From Hemiscyllium ocellatum (taxonomy: Eukaryota), in contig NC_083408.1 of assembly GCF_020745735.1 (NCBI RefSeq), forward strand, positions 21,419,518 through 21,483,517: DNA of 64,000 nucleotides, in the 5' to 3' direction. Within the stretch, counting starts at the first letter, position 1; the number at the start of each line of letters is the position of its first letter. Positions 1-13,169 of the stretch are shown here, in pieces. A program made the translations under genes and the position numbers. The notes under the pieces are model-generated. The model was not told the DNA's origin. It did not search any database and worked only from the letters and a program-made list of their open reading frames with translations.

Positions 1-790
1 TCCTGGCTCTTTTTATCTCTCTCTTTAGATCTTTCCTGGATAACTTGTAACTATCAAGACTGAGTCTACATGTCTCATCCTAACACAAGCCGCCATCTTC
101 TGCTTGACAAGAGATTCAACGTCTTTAGTAAACCACGGCTCCCTCACTCGACCACTTCCTCCCTGTCTGACAGGTGCTTACCTATCAAGGATACACAGTT
201 GCCGTTTCTTGAATAAGCTCCACATTTCAATTATGCTCATCCCCTGCAGTTTCCTTCCCAATTGTATGCATCCTAAATTTGCCTAATCGCATCACAACTA
301 CCTTTCCCCAGCAATAGCTCTTCCCCTGCATATGTACCTATCCCTTTCCACCGCTAAAGTAGGTATAACCAAACTGTGGTTCCTATCACCAAAATGCTCA
401 CCCATCTCCAAATCTGCCGCCTGGTCGGGTTCATTACCCACTACCAAATCTAATGTGGTGTCGCCTCTAGTTGGCTTGTATACTTATTGTATCAGGAAAC
501 CATCCTTCACACATTGGGCAAAAGCTGACAAAAGTACTCGAACTAAAGTATTTCCTGTCAATGTTTGGAAAGTAAAAGTGCCCGATAGCAATTGCCCTGT
601 TACTCTCGCTCCAACCGAAATTATCCTTGCTTTACTTCCCTAAACACGTCTGGAATTGATTGGAGGCCTATAGAAATCTCCCAACAGGGTGACCTATCCT
701 TTCCTGTTCCTAACCTCAACCTATACTATCTCAGTAATCAAGTCTTCAAACGTGCAGACTACTAAAAATGCTTCTCAGTAAGATTCTGGA
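1..790 (-). mobile_element. CR1 LINE fragment, endonuclease region, decayed
   Basis: Reverse strand resembles the CR1 endonuclease segment seen on + at 24520-25230 (e.g. ATAGAAATCTCCC..CAGGGTGACC mirrors the tlLGxFYRPP-type region); no intact ORF. Confidence 0.6.
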
Positions 791-829
791 AAGCAGCACC
801 AATACATTGTGCTTCAAAGTTCCATCCAC

Positions 830-1420
830 ATTTAGAGAAGCTTGAGCTGTCTGAAGGAATGGACAGTCGAAAGGTGTGGTGATGGAAAAGCATAGCAGGT
901 CAGGCAGCATCCCATCAGTGGGAGAGTCGGTGTTTCAGGCAGAAACCCTGTATTAACATTGTCGAGAAGAAAAGTGGATGAGTGATAAATAGGGGTGTGG
1001 GGTGGGGCTGGGGTGAAGGTAGATGGGAAGGTATGGAGTAATTGTGATAGGTTGGTAGGGAGTTTGGAGTAGAGAGGTGGGAAGGAAGATGGAGAGGTAG
1101 GACTGTTCAAGAGGGTGGTGACGAGCTGGGGATTTGAATCTGGAATGACGTGAGGAGAAGAGAGATTTGTAACTAGTGAATGTGATGTAGTGGGCATGTT
1201 ATTAAAGGTCCCAAGTCAGAAGATGAGGTTTATTTCTTCCATTTGGCCGGCGGTATTGATTTGGCGGTGGGAATGACCCAGAGCATGTGTGTCCTGGATG
1301 GGATAGGAGGGAGATTTGAAGTGGTTGGCCACAGGATTTTTGGGTTTCTTGGTGCTCGTGTCCCAGAAATATTCCATGATAAGAATAGCATTGCTGAAAG
1401 ATCATTGCCCTTCTCCACTC
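830..1420 (-). mobile_element. Penelope-like element 3' fragment (GIY-YIG C-terminus, pyrimidine-rich UTR, decayed terminal repeat)
   Basis: Minus strand carries a GIY-YIG-type C-terminal segment (around ...KWKK*TSSSDLGP, frameshifted EQHLIFRLG-like) and a terminal repeat TGTGGTGATGGAAAAGCATAGCAGGTCAGGCAGCATCC matching copies at 17080, 50450 and 51480. Confidence 0.7.
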
Positions 1421-1439
1421 CAACAGCACAACGGGAGAA

Positions 1440-2735
1440 CTGGTGAAAATGTCACAATGGTGCTTGAGAACAATGAATAAGATGTGGTGACTTTATCTTG
1501 CCATCAAGACAGACTTTACTAAGTATCTCACTCAAAACGTTCCAGAGCACCCCTCACTGTTACTCAGAGGAAGACGGCCGTGATCTCCAGGTCAGTAATT
1601 TAATCACAAGAACACCAACACAGGAGTTCCTCAGGATAGTGCCCTCGGCCCAAACAAGTACTGCTGCTTCATCAATAAACTTCCCTCCATCATAAGGTCA
1701 GACATGCGGATGTTAACTGATTACACAACATTCAGCACCATTCGAAACTCATCAGAAACTGAAGCAAACCTTGTCCATTGCAATAAGATCTGGACAATAT
1801 GCAAGCTTGGACTAAAAAGTACCAGTAACATTCGCATGACAAAAATGCCAGATTATGACCATCACCAACAAGAGAAAATCTAACTACTGCCCCTTGACAT
1901 TCAAAGATGGTACCATCACTGAATCTGAGAGAAAGTAAAGACTGCAGATGCTTGACATCAGAATTGAGAAACGTGGCACTGACAAAACACCGCAGGTCAG
2001 ACAGCACCCGAGCTGCAGGAGAATCCAGCGCCAAAGTTTTTATCCCATCACTGAATTACTCCTGCCCACCACACCACCCCCCCACCCCCACAGTCAACAT
2101 CCTGAGAGTTAAAATAGATTACAAGCTCAATTGGATTCTGTGCATTAATACAGTGTCTACAAGGGCAATTCAGAAGGGATGAACACTGTTGCGAGTAACT
2201 CACCTCCTGACTCCCCAAAGCCAGTCCACCATCTACAAGGTACAAATTTGTAGTGTGATGATATACTTCAATACTTGCCTGCATTATATTAAGAAGCTGG
2301 ACTCCATTCAGGACAAAAGATCACCCTTAATTGGTACCACACCCACAAGCATCCATTCCCTCCACCACCGATTAGATACAAGATTAACTGCGAAAGTTCA
2401 CCAAATATCCTCAGCCAACACCTTCCAAGCCCCCGACCACTTCCACCTAGAATTACAAGGACAGTCGATATATGGGAACACCACACACTTCAAGTTGCCC
2501 TCCAAGTCACTCACCATTCTGACTTGGACATTTGTCACCATTCTATCACTGTAGCTGGGTCACAATGTTGGAATTCCCTCCCTGATTACATTTTAGGACA
2601 ACCCACAATAGGTGGCCTGCAGGGATTCAAAAAGGCAGCACACCACCAATTTCTGAAAGGCAACTGGGAGTGGCCAATAAAATGTTGGCCAGCTGCTGAT
2701 GGCCGAATTCCACAAAATGGATAAATAGAAAAAGA
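1440..2735 (+). mobile_element. 3' fragment of a CR1/L2-group LINE (same family as 21293-24425)
   Basis: RT C-terminal remnants (HLLTPQSQSTIYKVQICSVMIY) and a 3' tail ...CAAGTCACTCACCATTCTGACTTGG...CACCACCAATTTCTGAAAGGCAACTGGG...AATAAA, homologous to 24190-24425. Confidence 0.75.
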
Positions 2736-3479
2736 GCACAGATTCTACTGATTCTGGTAAGGAGAAGCTTAGAAAAAGTAAGAATAATAAAACATTGATG
2801 ACAGTTTAATAGCAAAGTCGGAACTGCAAAGCAAATGTTGGATGTTTTATCAAACAGGAAATGAGTTATAGAAATTTGTGAGTTTTGCATGAATAATTGA
2901 TTAATTCAAGTTGCAACCGTTAATCCAAGTGAATGATCATGCTGGGTAAAACATAATTCCTTGAACATGTATCAAATGTTTGCCTGAAAAGAGTTTGTTG
3001 AGCATCAATGTAGATATCAGCCCATTTTGCAGTTATGTTTGGTGATCAGAATAGCCAATTGAAAACCTCGATGTAAAGGAGATTTTGGGAGTAATGTTCA
3101 TAATATTTTGAATTTCCCTAGACGTCTCAATACAAAACATTTTTGATTTTTTAAACAATTTATGGTCATAAATCTGAGTCATGCAAGCTGGTTTCGTTTT
3201 GAGGAAATGATACGACCCACCGCAACAAACCAAGACACATAAACAACAAGCAGGACAGAATAAAAATGCTTTCTGGTGATGTTGTCTCGCATTGTGCCCG
3301 AACATCTGATAACAAACTCACTAGCTCAGCGAGAAAACCGACAACCTGGTCAACAATCTGAACTACAAATCTTCTCCAAAATATCAAGTATATCTAATCT
3401 ACAAGATATAAAGAGCGAAAGATAAAGACAATTCAACAACAGTTAAGGAAAGAAGTTTAAAACTATATTGGATCAAAGG

Positions 3480-3965
3480 ATGATGCCCAAAAATGATATC
3501 ATACATATAAAAATAAGTCTTGGATGTAAGACACAGCAAAGGAGGACAGTAAACTGGTAAGAAATAAATAGGAGGACAAGAAAATAAAATCAAAAGAAAC
3601 GTAAGAACTGCTGAGCGGCTTGTATTAATATGTGAAAGGAAAATACACGCAAGGCCAAATGTTAAAAATTGAATGCAATGACATTTTAAAAATGACGAGA
3701 AAGAAATGATTGTCAATTTAAACAGTTTTGTTGCATCTTTCTCCATGGAAGAAAATCCAGGAAATCTCCCAGAAGTACTGAGTGACCATGGGACTTGACA
3801 TATAATAGACTTCATGGTTACAGGCCTTATGTAGGAAAGTGGGTCTAATGCAGATCGGACTTTCTTTGCGATTGTACAGAATCTCTGCTTCTGTGATACG
3901 TTATGGAGACCAGACCACCTCAAAACATTTCGGAAAAGTGGTCCGCACGCTAACTTTGATAGATG
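3480..3965 (+). mobile_element. CR1 LINE fragment (region upstream of RT)
   Basis: Decayed similarity to other CR1 copies in the window (AAACAGTTTTGTTGCATC..., AAATCTCCCAGAAGTACTG). Confidence 0.5.
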
Positions 3966-3989
3966 TTTTAAGCAGGTGTAACTCTCCTA

Positions 3990-4240
3990 TTCCAGTTGAG
4001 TTGCAACTGGTCAAACCATTTAGTTATAAACAAGACAATATTTAATTACCAGATTACTGAACGTAATACAAAAAAAAAGAGAATGGAATACTGAATAACT
4101 TAAACTATACAAAATCGAGAAGATTATTCCAATTTAATGATGCTGTTCTAAATATTTGCTACCGTCCCCATCAACATACGCTTGGCACAAATCGTAAAAT
4201 CAAACACAGGGTCATATAGGAGAGATGTGAGTGAGAGAGC

Positions 4241-4276
<36 letters not shown>

Positions 4277-4880
4277 GCGAGAGAGAGAGAGAGAGACAGA
4301 GAGACAGACAGACAGACAGACAGAGTGGTTGCGCCATGGAGCACCTACTTCTATGCAGCTGTTTCTTGGACCAGCAGCCTCAAAAGTGTCTGACTGCTTT
4401 TAGTGAATAACCAGACTGCAAAAAAACACTAAATCAAACCAGAGAAAAGCTGTGCTGGGAGAACAAAAACTCCTACTTCATTTTCCTAGTGTTTTTGTTT
4501 TTTTAAAAAAGAGTTGAATGCCGACTCTATGAGCCAGTTAGCTACAATCAAACAGGCCCAATAACCCATCCAAGCCCAGACTCTTCAGAAATCATACTTT
4601 TACAATCATCTGAAAAATACTCCAAAGACAACGTAACCGAGTTAAAGGTCTAGCACAGATTGCATGATTATGGAAGGTCAAGCTTAAGAGAGGAATTGTT
4701 TGGCTTCTCAGGCGTATATTAACAAGGTTTATAAGACTAACTGTGATACCTTCTAAAGGCATGCCAATGTGAAAGGTGAGAGGAAATAAGTCTCGTTTCC
4801 TGATACTTTGAAGCCAAAGAATGACGGGTAAGAACAGGGAAATTACAGAACTGTAAAGCAACGACTTCAGTTCTGTCTTC
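3990..4880 (-). mobile_element. Probable Gypsy solo LTR fragment containing a microsatellite
   Basis: 4445-4510 (GCTGGGAGAACAAAAACTCCTACTTCATTTTCCTAGTGTTTTTG) resembles 56285-56335 of the LTR next to the Ig exon; termini not resolved. Confidence 0.35.
4224..4323. repeat. Compound (GA)n/(GACA)n microsatellite
   Basis: Direct inspection: GAGAGAGA...GAGACAGACAGACAGACAGAG. Confidence 0.95.
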
Positions 4881-4899
4881 ACGGAAGAAAATAAAACAA

Positions 4900-6250
4900 A
4901 AAGATTTCGCCAGTAATACTAGGAAACTAAATCTTGTGAGAAAAGAAGGAATAGAAAGAAATTAATAAATAAAAGGTTTTAGAAAAAATATTGGCAGTGA
5001 AAGCCAACACAGATTTATGAAAACCATCTCGTAGATAAATCACGGAAACATAATTGATGTAACACATTTAGATTATCAGGAATATTTTTGTTAAAATCTC
5101 AAGCCTGGTGTGGATTATCAAATCTTGTGAGATTGGGTGTAATAAACCTAACAGTTTTTAGAGTAGGAGAACTGACAGCAAATATTAAATATGTATAAAA
5201 TAATGCTTTCTTGGGGAGAAGAATCATGGGATATCACAGGGATCATGAGATATCACTGAGCCCCAGCTATTCACAATACAACTCCATAATGTGATTGAGG
5301 GAAACTAATGCAAGATTTCCAAGTCTGCTAACTGCATTAGACAGTGTAGGATTGTGAGTCGTGCGAAAATGATTCAGGCACATGGAGTTTGGGCAATTAC
5401 ACGACAGATGAAAAGCAATGCGGATAGATGTGACGTTGTGAACCTTGATGGCAAAGGTAGAATGGCTTTCTAAACTAAGAGAAGGGATTGATTGAATAAT
5501 GTGCTTGTATAAAGGGACTTATGCTTCCTTTTTTTGTTTCATTTGGGCAGACCTCTGAGACTCATGAAACTTCTGAAGCCAGAAGTCGCAATCACTTTAC
5601 GTAGTCCCAACAAGCGGGTACCTGTAACATTAACAAGGATCTGGATCTCCTTGTACACCACTCTCTGAAAGAAATTTTCACGAGCAGAAAGCACGTAGAA
5701 AGATAAATTGCACGTTGATCTACTTTCAATGTAATTTGTGTACCAAAGTAAGTTTGCATAGGGCCTTGGTGAGGACCTCATCTCGAACATTTTGCAGGTT
5801 TGTGTGAAATTTCGGTTTCCTTATCAAATATATAGATATATAGATGGAGTACAGCAAAGGATGATTAGACTGATCTCTATCGTGACAGACTTTTGTGAAC
5901 AGAGAGTGTGACGATTGGGTCTCTATTCCATCAGTGTTAGCAAAGTGATTTAAGATGTTGGTGAAATATACAAAACTCTGATTGAAGAAGGCAGATTGGA
6001 TGAAAGGATGATAACCCCCCTGTCTGTAACTTCTAAAACCTGTGGCCACTTTTTATTTGCAGGCAGGCTACACTCCATTATGATGAAAATAAATGTCTGC
6101 ACTCAGCGATTGTGCATCCTGGGGAATTCAATCCACATAAGGCTGTGGAAGACAAAACACTGAATGTATGTAAGGATTTCTAGCTATTGGAGTTAGAGAA
6201 CAGGAGTATTGTGTGGAGAAAGGGGATTAGTCACTGTTATATTTAATAGG
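4900..6250 (+). mobile_element. CR1 RT and 3' fragments, heavily decayed
   Basis: Remnants of the YLDFQKAF, SQGS and FAD motif regions; GCCTTGGTGAGGACCTCATCTCGAAC (LVRPHLEY-like) and a 3' UTR remnant. Confidence 0.6.
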
Positions 6251-7699
6251 AATCACTGGACTGAAGGGAACACTGCAGTGCTTATATTATATTTCTTCTG
6301 CTGTTTAATCACGTTAAGGGATATGTACATTGTGTGGGAAAAGTGAATTGAGGAGATGTTCGATTGTGAAGAAGAAAAGGCGGAGACTCAACGTATTGAC
6401 AGACCTCGTCCTTTCCAATCTTCCTGTGCAGTATCTGGGGAAAATCCGTAAGTGTTATCACAAAATCTCAGACGTAAGGAAGAAGTTCTCTCGTGGTTTG
6501 ACAAAATTGTACTTCCCGTTCCTTTTTCTGACACCATCGCTGAGGCTGGATGTTTACTCCGGTTTTATCCTTGAAAGAACTCAGACTAGTTAGATGCAAC
6601 TGAGTGTCACCCTTAGCCATTTCAGAGACAATTGAGGAGCGTATCACATGTCTGTGTGGCTGGAGTAACGTTTATGCTAGACCAGGAACGCCCATTAGAT
6701 TTGCTTCTTGTACGGATATTGGTAAAGCACATTGTTGTTTGCAATCAGCATTGGCTGCAATTGTCACTATTGCTGACACAGGATTAATTGTTATTAACTT
6801 CCACTTGTTGCCAGAGCATTAGCCCAGTCTGGATTACTAATACAGTGACATTCATGCAACAACTCCACTTCTGCATAGGGACCTATCAGAACCGAAATTG
6901 AGCAGTTTGTTTCTGTGCTGCTTTATAGCTCAGTCAAAAAGCGCTTACATCAATTTGATTATGATGATGAGACTAAGGGAGAAACAAATGGGTCAGATTG
7001 CATTTCTTCTCCTTTTAGGGGGCTGGATGTATTGGAATAAGTTTCGATATTGACGGGAAAACGTAAATATTTGAAGCTGGAATGTAACAGCTTCTCCAGA
7101 GCCCAGGTCTTCAGACATCTTGCCGGAATTGTGTCAGGTTCGATTGCCTTTGCCCTAACTCTTGTGTTCAGATTTTGATTTTACTTCCCATGCATCAAAT
7201 CGAGTTGAAGAGTGACTTCTGTCAATCTTTGGAATCATAATAAGGGCAAAGTAGATCATCAGCTCAACATTTTTTGGCTGTGGATTGTGCAAATACTATA
7301 TCCTTTTCCTTTATACAGATGAGCAGAGCTGTTCTACTGGGAAGGGGATATTTGTGGAACCTCTGCATTCTGTGACTTAGTTAGTGATTCATCACCATTT
7401 ATGGTTAGATGCGGTAGGATTATTGGATCTGTTGATCTTGGGATCATTTCGCCTTCTCTGCCAAATGGCGTTTTGCTGTTTGGAATTCAAGGCGTTCAAT
7501 TGCTTTAATGGATTGTCATCAGTATTAGGCAGACATGGTTCTGGCAATGGCATGTTCACATACACTTGTTTCTGAAGCACAGATTGGGTCGATGGTAATG
7601 ATAGATTGAGAGATCATCCTGCGTAAAAAGTTACAGATTACATTTGAATACGAATTAGCTTCTGTTACTGCTGTGGTCTACTACACCACAAGAATGCCA

Positions 7700-7990
7700 A
7701 GTTTTGATGTGCAATATTTGCAATGCAATTCTGCTGCTACTCTCAGTTCACACCGAAACCCATCACCCCTGTACTCAGTAACCGACCCTGAGGATGCTAA
7801 CGTGGGAAAATTTTCATTTTAAAATTCTTATTCTTCTGAGAACATCTTTTTGGTCACGTCTCCAATTTGTCACATTTCTCAAAATCCTTTCACGTATTCA
7901 ACTGGATCTATTCCCTTCGATTAGGGTCATCTTCTGTGCATAAAGTGAATGTGCTTCCCTCTGTTTCTCTCCATGACCATGATTAACAGT
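7700..7990 (+). mobile_element. Probable L2 LINE 3' fragment
   Basis: CCCATCACCCCTGTACTC...TTTTAAAATTCTTATTCTT resembles the HITPVL...FKIL end of L2 ORF2 (from recall). Confidence 0.4.
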
Positions 7991-8799
7991 TCTGCAGTGT
8001 CAGTGAAGCCAGTCTCATTTAGTTTCATTAAAACAAAAGAATTTGTGCACGTTGTGCTTCCGTTCACTTCCTATGTATGGACTTCTATTTGGAAGGGGTG
8101 TTTGAGTAGTTTTGACACAGACCTTTGAAATTTGTCCAAAAGCAGGAGTTGCTGAAGAAACTAAGCAGGTCTGGCAGCATCTGTGGAGTGAAAGCAGAGT
8201 TAATATTCGGCCCAATGACGCGACTTCAATTATCAAAATTTTTGCAGCTTTTGAATCTTTTTTGTTTCAGATTTTCGATATCCACAGAGCATTGTTTTAC
8301 TGAAAATTTTTTCTGTGCCTATGTATTTCTGATGAGACTTAGCAGATCTGGCAGCACCTGGAGGGGAAGATATTTCTGATCTGCTTGTTACTGGAGTTGT
8401 TGGATTGGGTCGACAACGATTCTTTGAATGCAAGGTTACTGCAGTGAAACATAAGGACGGGATTTCTCTTTCATTCTTCTGCAAAGGAGGGGAAGAGACG
8501 AGAGCATAAGCATGCAAGATTAATCAGTCACACCTGAAAAGCTTGCTCACTAGAGTTAGGAGGCGTCAATCTCTTGTTTGACAGAAGAGTCAGACATGCC
8601 AAAGACTTCCCATCGGAATGTGGCAGAACTGGAACTGCAGGAACAGGGAGAGAGAAACTGGGAGAATTGAATCACTTCCAGTTGATCATGTGTTCAGCCA
8701 TATGCCAAATTTACCCAAGAATGACTGAAAGGAACCATACATCTAAAACGTGGATTTTATTCTGTCATCCAGTCCAAAGCAGATTTGAAAATACAACAA

Positions 8800-10170
8800 G
8801 GTAAGGTCAGTGGATGCACAGGTGCAGACATTTAAGACCCATTTCATAATGCTCAGCAGTGATTGCTTCTGGAATTTATTGTTCGGAATCTGCTATATTC
8901 CATTATTAAGGAAGGGGTTGCAGGGCATTTCAAAAAGCAGACCACAGTCAAGGTTAACAACAGTTCATGAAATTGAACTCACGCTCTACCTTGTTAAATC
9001 ATGCAAAAAATATATGTATTTCATGGGAAACAGAAAAAGCAGATTTGTTGAATGGCAAGTATGAGAGTGTGTTTAGCCTTCCAGGGATTTTTATTGTGTA
9101 ATATTATAAAAATGTTGTTAATATTTGTTAATTATAAAAATGCTCACAAGGTGAAAGATATTGTATAAACATGGAATGAGGATTACCTAACACATAGAAG
9201 GTGGACACCCGCAATTAATGGGCATTTCTAAATTTAAAAGCATGTATCTATTGGAGGAAAACAGACATTAGTACCATGGCATCAGTTATTTACAATCAAT
9301 ATTGGTTGACGTAGGGGTCTAATGCATTATATATCCGAGCTGGCAGATGACACAAAGGTGGATGGGAGGGAATGTTATAATAATTATAAGAAGTCTAGAA
9401 GAGGATAAAAATGAGGTGAGTAAGATTTTCGGCTTAGGTTTATTGTCACAGATACCTATATGCAGTTAAATTTGCTGTTTCGCATATCAATCACAAATTG
9501 TCACCACTGGCAAATGAAATGTATTGTTCAAAAAATATGAGGTCATACACGTTAACACTGAGAATCGCAAAACAGGCTGTTAGTTAGTGGAAAGGGCACC
9601 AAAATAAGTGGACTATAAAGAGATCAAGTATCACCTGTGTATGAAATAATAAGTTAGCATGTGTGTGCAGCAAGTAACTACCTTTATTCATTCAGCTTGT
9701 TCCTGGGATGACAGTGTTGAATTATCAAGAGCATCTCAAATGGTTAGGCAATTATTTATTGTCGTTGAAATGTGTGAGGGGTCATATCAATAAAAAATAC
9801 CAGGTACGAAGTTTACTTGACAAGGTAGATGTTGAGAAGTTGTTTCCATTCCTGCACGGATTCTCGAACTCGGGTACAAAAATAGAGAACATGGGACGTC
9901 GATTTAAAATTGAGATGCAAGGAAATTTCTTCTTTCAGAAGGTTGTGCATACCGTAATTTCTCTAACCCAGACAGCTGCAGAACTTAGATCACTGAATGT
10001 TTTTACAGATAATGTGCGTGATGTATTACTTCATCAGGGAGTTGAGGGGCATAAGGAGTTGGCATGAAACGGCAGTTGGGTACTGTAGTACATCAGCCAT
10101 GCTCTGATGGAATACCAGAGCTGAAGTTGTGGAATGACCTACTTATGATCCTATTTCTTATGTTGTTATG
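8800..10170 (+). mobile_element. CR1 LINE 3' portion, decayed
   Basis: GCTGGCAGATGACACAAAGGTGGATGG (ADDTKV); ORF 9708-10067 contains the CR1 C-terminal LDKVDVEKLFP...FFQKVV; ends in TTATGATCCTATTTCTTATGTTGTTATG tail. Confidence 0.75.
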
Positions 10171-10219
10171 CTATGAAAGAAGCAAGCCACATTCACATAT
10201 TCCGAAGATAGTGTAGACA

Positions 10220-10800
10220 CTAAAACGTTAAATGTAAGGTGTTGCTTCAAGGTGCAATTCGATTGGTCAAACAGCCAGAATTATAGCAAAGTACACATTT
10301 TTTCAAAAAAAACTATAGTTTAAATTCAACAAGAGAAAGATGGAATTAGAATAATTTAACGCTGTTGGAAAACTTAACAGAATAATAAATACAATAACTA
10401 TTACTAATTAAAAGTTTCCAAGGCAGCAATATCTCATAAAGACACCTTCATCAAAAGTCAAACTCAGAAAAACACATTGTCTTGCATGCAACACGCGTAC
10501 CAGACAGAGAAACTTCAGCTTTTAGCTGTAAGTGAAAGAGGAAAAATAATAAATTTCACTTCTTCAAGACCCCAACAGCAACTGCAAGTTAAAACTAAAA
10601 TTCCTGGTTCTGTGAGAGCTCGATTTTACCCATTGAGGTTTTATTTATTGCTCTAAATTTTAAAAAAAATCAAAGCTAAAGCAAACAGCTTTCTCTCGTG
10701 GCTCTGGTAGACTGCTGTTCACCTCTACCTAAAAAAAAATCTATGTTCATGCAAAGGGACAATTTGCGTCTCTTAAAACCATAGTGTCATTACTGTTATG
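10220..10800 (-). mobile_element. Probable Gypsy LTR fragment
   Basis: Composition and motifs resemble the LTRs at 55830-56320 and 28686-29077; boundaries uncertain. Confidence 0.35.
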
Positions 10801-11019
10801 TTCTGTTGTTGGGAAGCAATGGAGTTTGAGGAAACATGTCAGGATAGATGAGGGGGAAGTTCCTGATCCAGCCAGGATTTTCCAGGCACATTTTCTGAAC
10901 AAAACTGACCAGATGTGTTAGTCGAATGAGGCAGTGTTGGTCATTGAGTACAAGAGTAATGTGGGATTGGGACAGTTTCGTTCAGTTAGTACCGGGTGAT
11001 AGTCCAGATCAGTGAGTAA

Positions 11020-11220
11020 AAGGGAGATGAATAAACGGGACAGTGTAGATCTGTGAGTATAGGTGCAACAAGTGAACGGGACTGCGTAGTAGAGTGCGTA
11101 ATTGGGTGACGGTGAATGGGACAGTGCACATCTGTGAATGCAGAGTTGATGGGTAAACAGGATAGTGTTGGTCAGTGATTTCTGTGGATGTAGTCAACAA
11201 CACAGTGTAGATCAGGCTGG
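11020..11220. repeat. Degenerate ~40-45 bp minisatellite
   Basis: About 4-5 diverged units of GAA(C/T)GGGACAGTGTAGATCTGTGA...GGT. Confidence 0.5.
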
Positions 11221-11759
11221 CTGAGTTCGATTTCTGGCTGACTGCTGAGTGAGGGATAATGGTTTACAGATTCAAAATTGCAGCTGAGAACGCCATAAGA
11301 TGAGCCAAAACCGTACTTACTTCTTGAGTAGTATCAATGGGTATATATGCTTGTGCTCCTGAGTTTTATGCTGCTATATTGCATTCAACTCTTCGCAAAA
11401 GCTGCACACGAACATACCCGCTGACCTACCATGTCCCATACACCTGCCACCCAGAACTCAGTTATATACACGTGCTTCCACTGAGGTAATGCGTTCATTT
11501 TATTTTTGTTAGTCCTCTGGATCCTCTATGACATTTCTTTTCGGAACATATTCTGTTTTTATTGTGAAATTGCTTCTCTCTGGTTTTCTCCCGAACTATA
11601 ATTGTGGGGTCTGTACAGTGATGCCGTTGTTGCAAGGTGCTGAAAGAATGGCGTGTGACTGCTTGTGCTAAAATACACATACCTGTTCTAAACCATGAGG
11701 GACAGTGTGCTTCACTAGCTTTGCCTCCTGTCAGAGGATCACAGAGCATGGCAACAGAC

Positions 11760-12390
11760 TCTTCAGTCCAACTCTTCGATGGCAATGAAATATCCTAAGT
11801 TAGTCTCGTACACTCTGTCAGCATTTGGCTCATATCCCTCCAAACCCTTTCTATTCATATACCCATTCAAATGCCTTCTACATGTTGTGATTATACCAGC
11901 CTTCATCACGTGTTCTTGCAGCTCTTTCCATGCATGTACCAACCATGGAAACGTTGCTACTTAGGTCTCTTCCAATCTTTACCCTCTGACTTTAAACTAT
12001 GCAGTCTAGTTTTGGGCCATACTGCCCTCAGCAATAAGACATAACTATTCACCGCTCCGATATATGCCTTCCTGATTTTGTAAGTATTCAGAAAATCACT
12101 CTTCTGCATCCGACGCTCTCGGGAGAACAATCCCAATATATTCCGACCCTCCTGATAGTCCAAACACTCCAACCATGCAATGTATTCGTAATTTTTTTTC
12201 TGAACACTATCAAGTTTCACATCATCCTTCTTGAGGCAAAGAGTGCAGAACTGCGCACAGTATTCCAAAACTGGTCTTACCAATATCTACTATAGCTGCA
12301 ATATGACCTTCTAACTTCGATACATAATGCACTGAGCAATAATGGCAAGCTTACCAAAAACCATCCTCAATGTACTATCCAATTGTAAGT
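11760..12390 (-). mobile_element. CR1 LINE 3' end
   Basis: Minus ORF 11957-12283 MVRPVLEYCAQF...LGLFSRERR is the CR1 ORF2 C-terminus. Confidence 0.8.
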
Positions 12391-13169
12391 CTACTTCTAA
12401 AGTACTATGAACCTGCATTCCAAGGTTATTGTGTTCAGCAGTGTGTACACACTGCAGGTCCTAACCATAAAGTGTATAAGTCCTGCCATGTTTTGCCTTT
12501 GAAATTGGGTCTGTGTCTCTCCACTGAACGTCTGCGACAGCTGATCATATGATGAAGTATCACTTTGAAGCAATGTAAAGAATCAGGCGCCTCAGTAGCT
12601 TTGACTGACTTGTTGATGAAAGAGAAAGTTGAATACAGCTAAAAGGTAGTTCAGCGTATGAACGATGTCAGACCCGTAAACTAATATTTCAAAATACTTA
12701 GAAAATATTTATTCTTCTTAAAATTAAGTACTCAATGAGAAGATGATCCTGTAGTTAAAAATGACTGTCAATGAAATGATCGAATCAAAAACTAAAACAT
12801 GAATTGCAAAGAAAATACTTGTGGGCCAGGAGAATTGAATCTTCACTTTAGGGCCCAGCAATGGTTGAATGAAAAGCCAATCATGAGGAAGAAAACGGAC
12901 AATAAAGGTAAATGGCACGGAATGCAATAACAAACTGCAGAAATTTCTCAGTGTATTTAAAGAAACAGAGAAAGAATGGCTCAATTAAGTTTGGGACCTT
13001 TAGGGGATAGGAATGGGGAGGTGAAAATAGGAAGAATGATAACAGCTCATTAAGTTTTAAGATAGCTATGAAGGAGGAGCTTGGGAGAGGTACTGAATTG
13101 GGGAAGAATAACATCAGCATTAGAAAGGAGCTACGTAGTGTTGTTTGGGATAAGGTGTTATCAGACAAG

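Noticed and set aside
6370-6535. Minus-strand frame SLRLRFCDNTYGFSPDTAQEDWKGRG resembling an Ig B-C strand
   Set aside because: Cys-Trp spacing is off by one, polar residues occupy core positions, a stop follows, and there is no acceptor or second Cys; likely chance.
11347-11424. Signal-peptide-like MLVLLSFMLLYCIQLFAKA
   Set aside because: No splice donor at leader length and an in-frame stop follows; no downstream V exon.
12370-12390. MYYPI followed by GTAAGT as GPCR exon 1
   Set aside because: Lacks the L..GVP half of TM1, has the wrong phase, and sits at the edge of a CR1 fragment.
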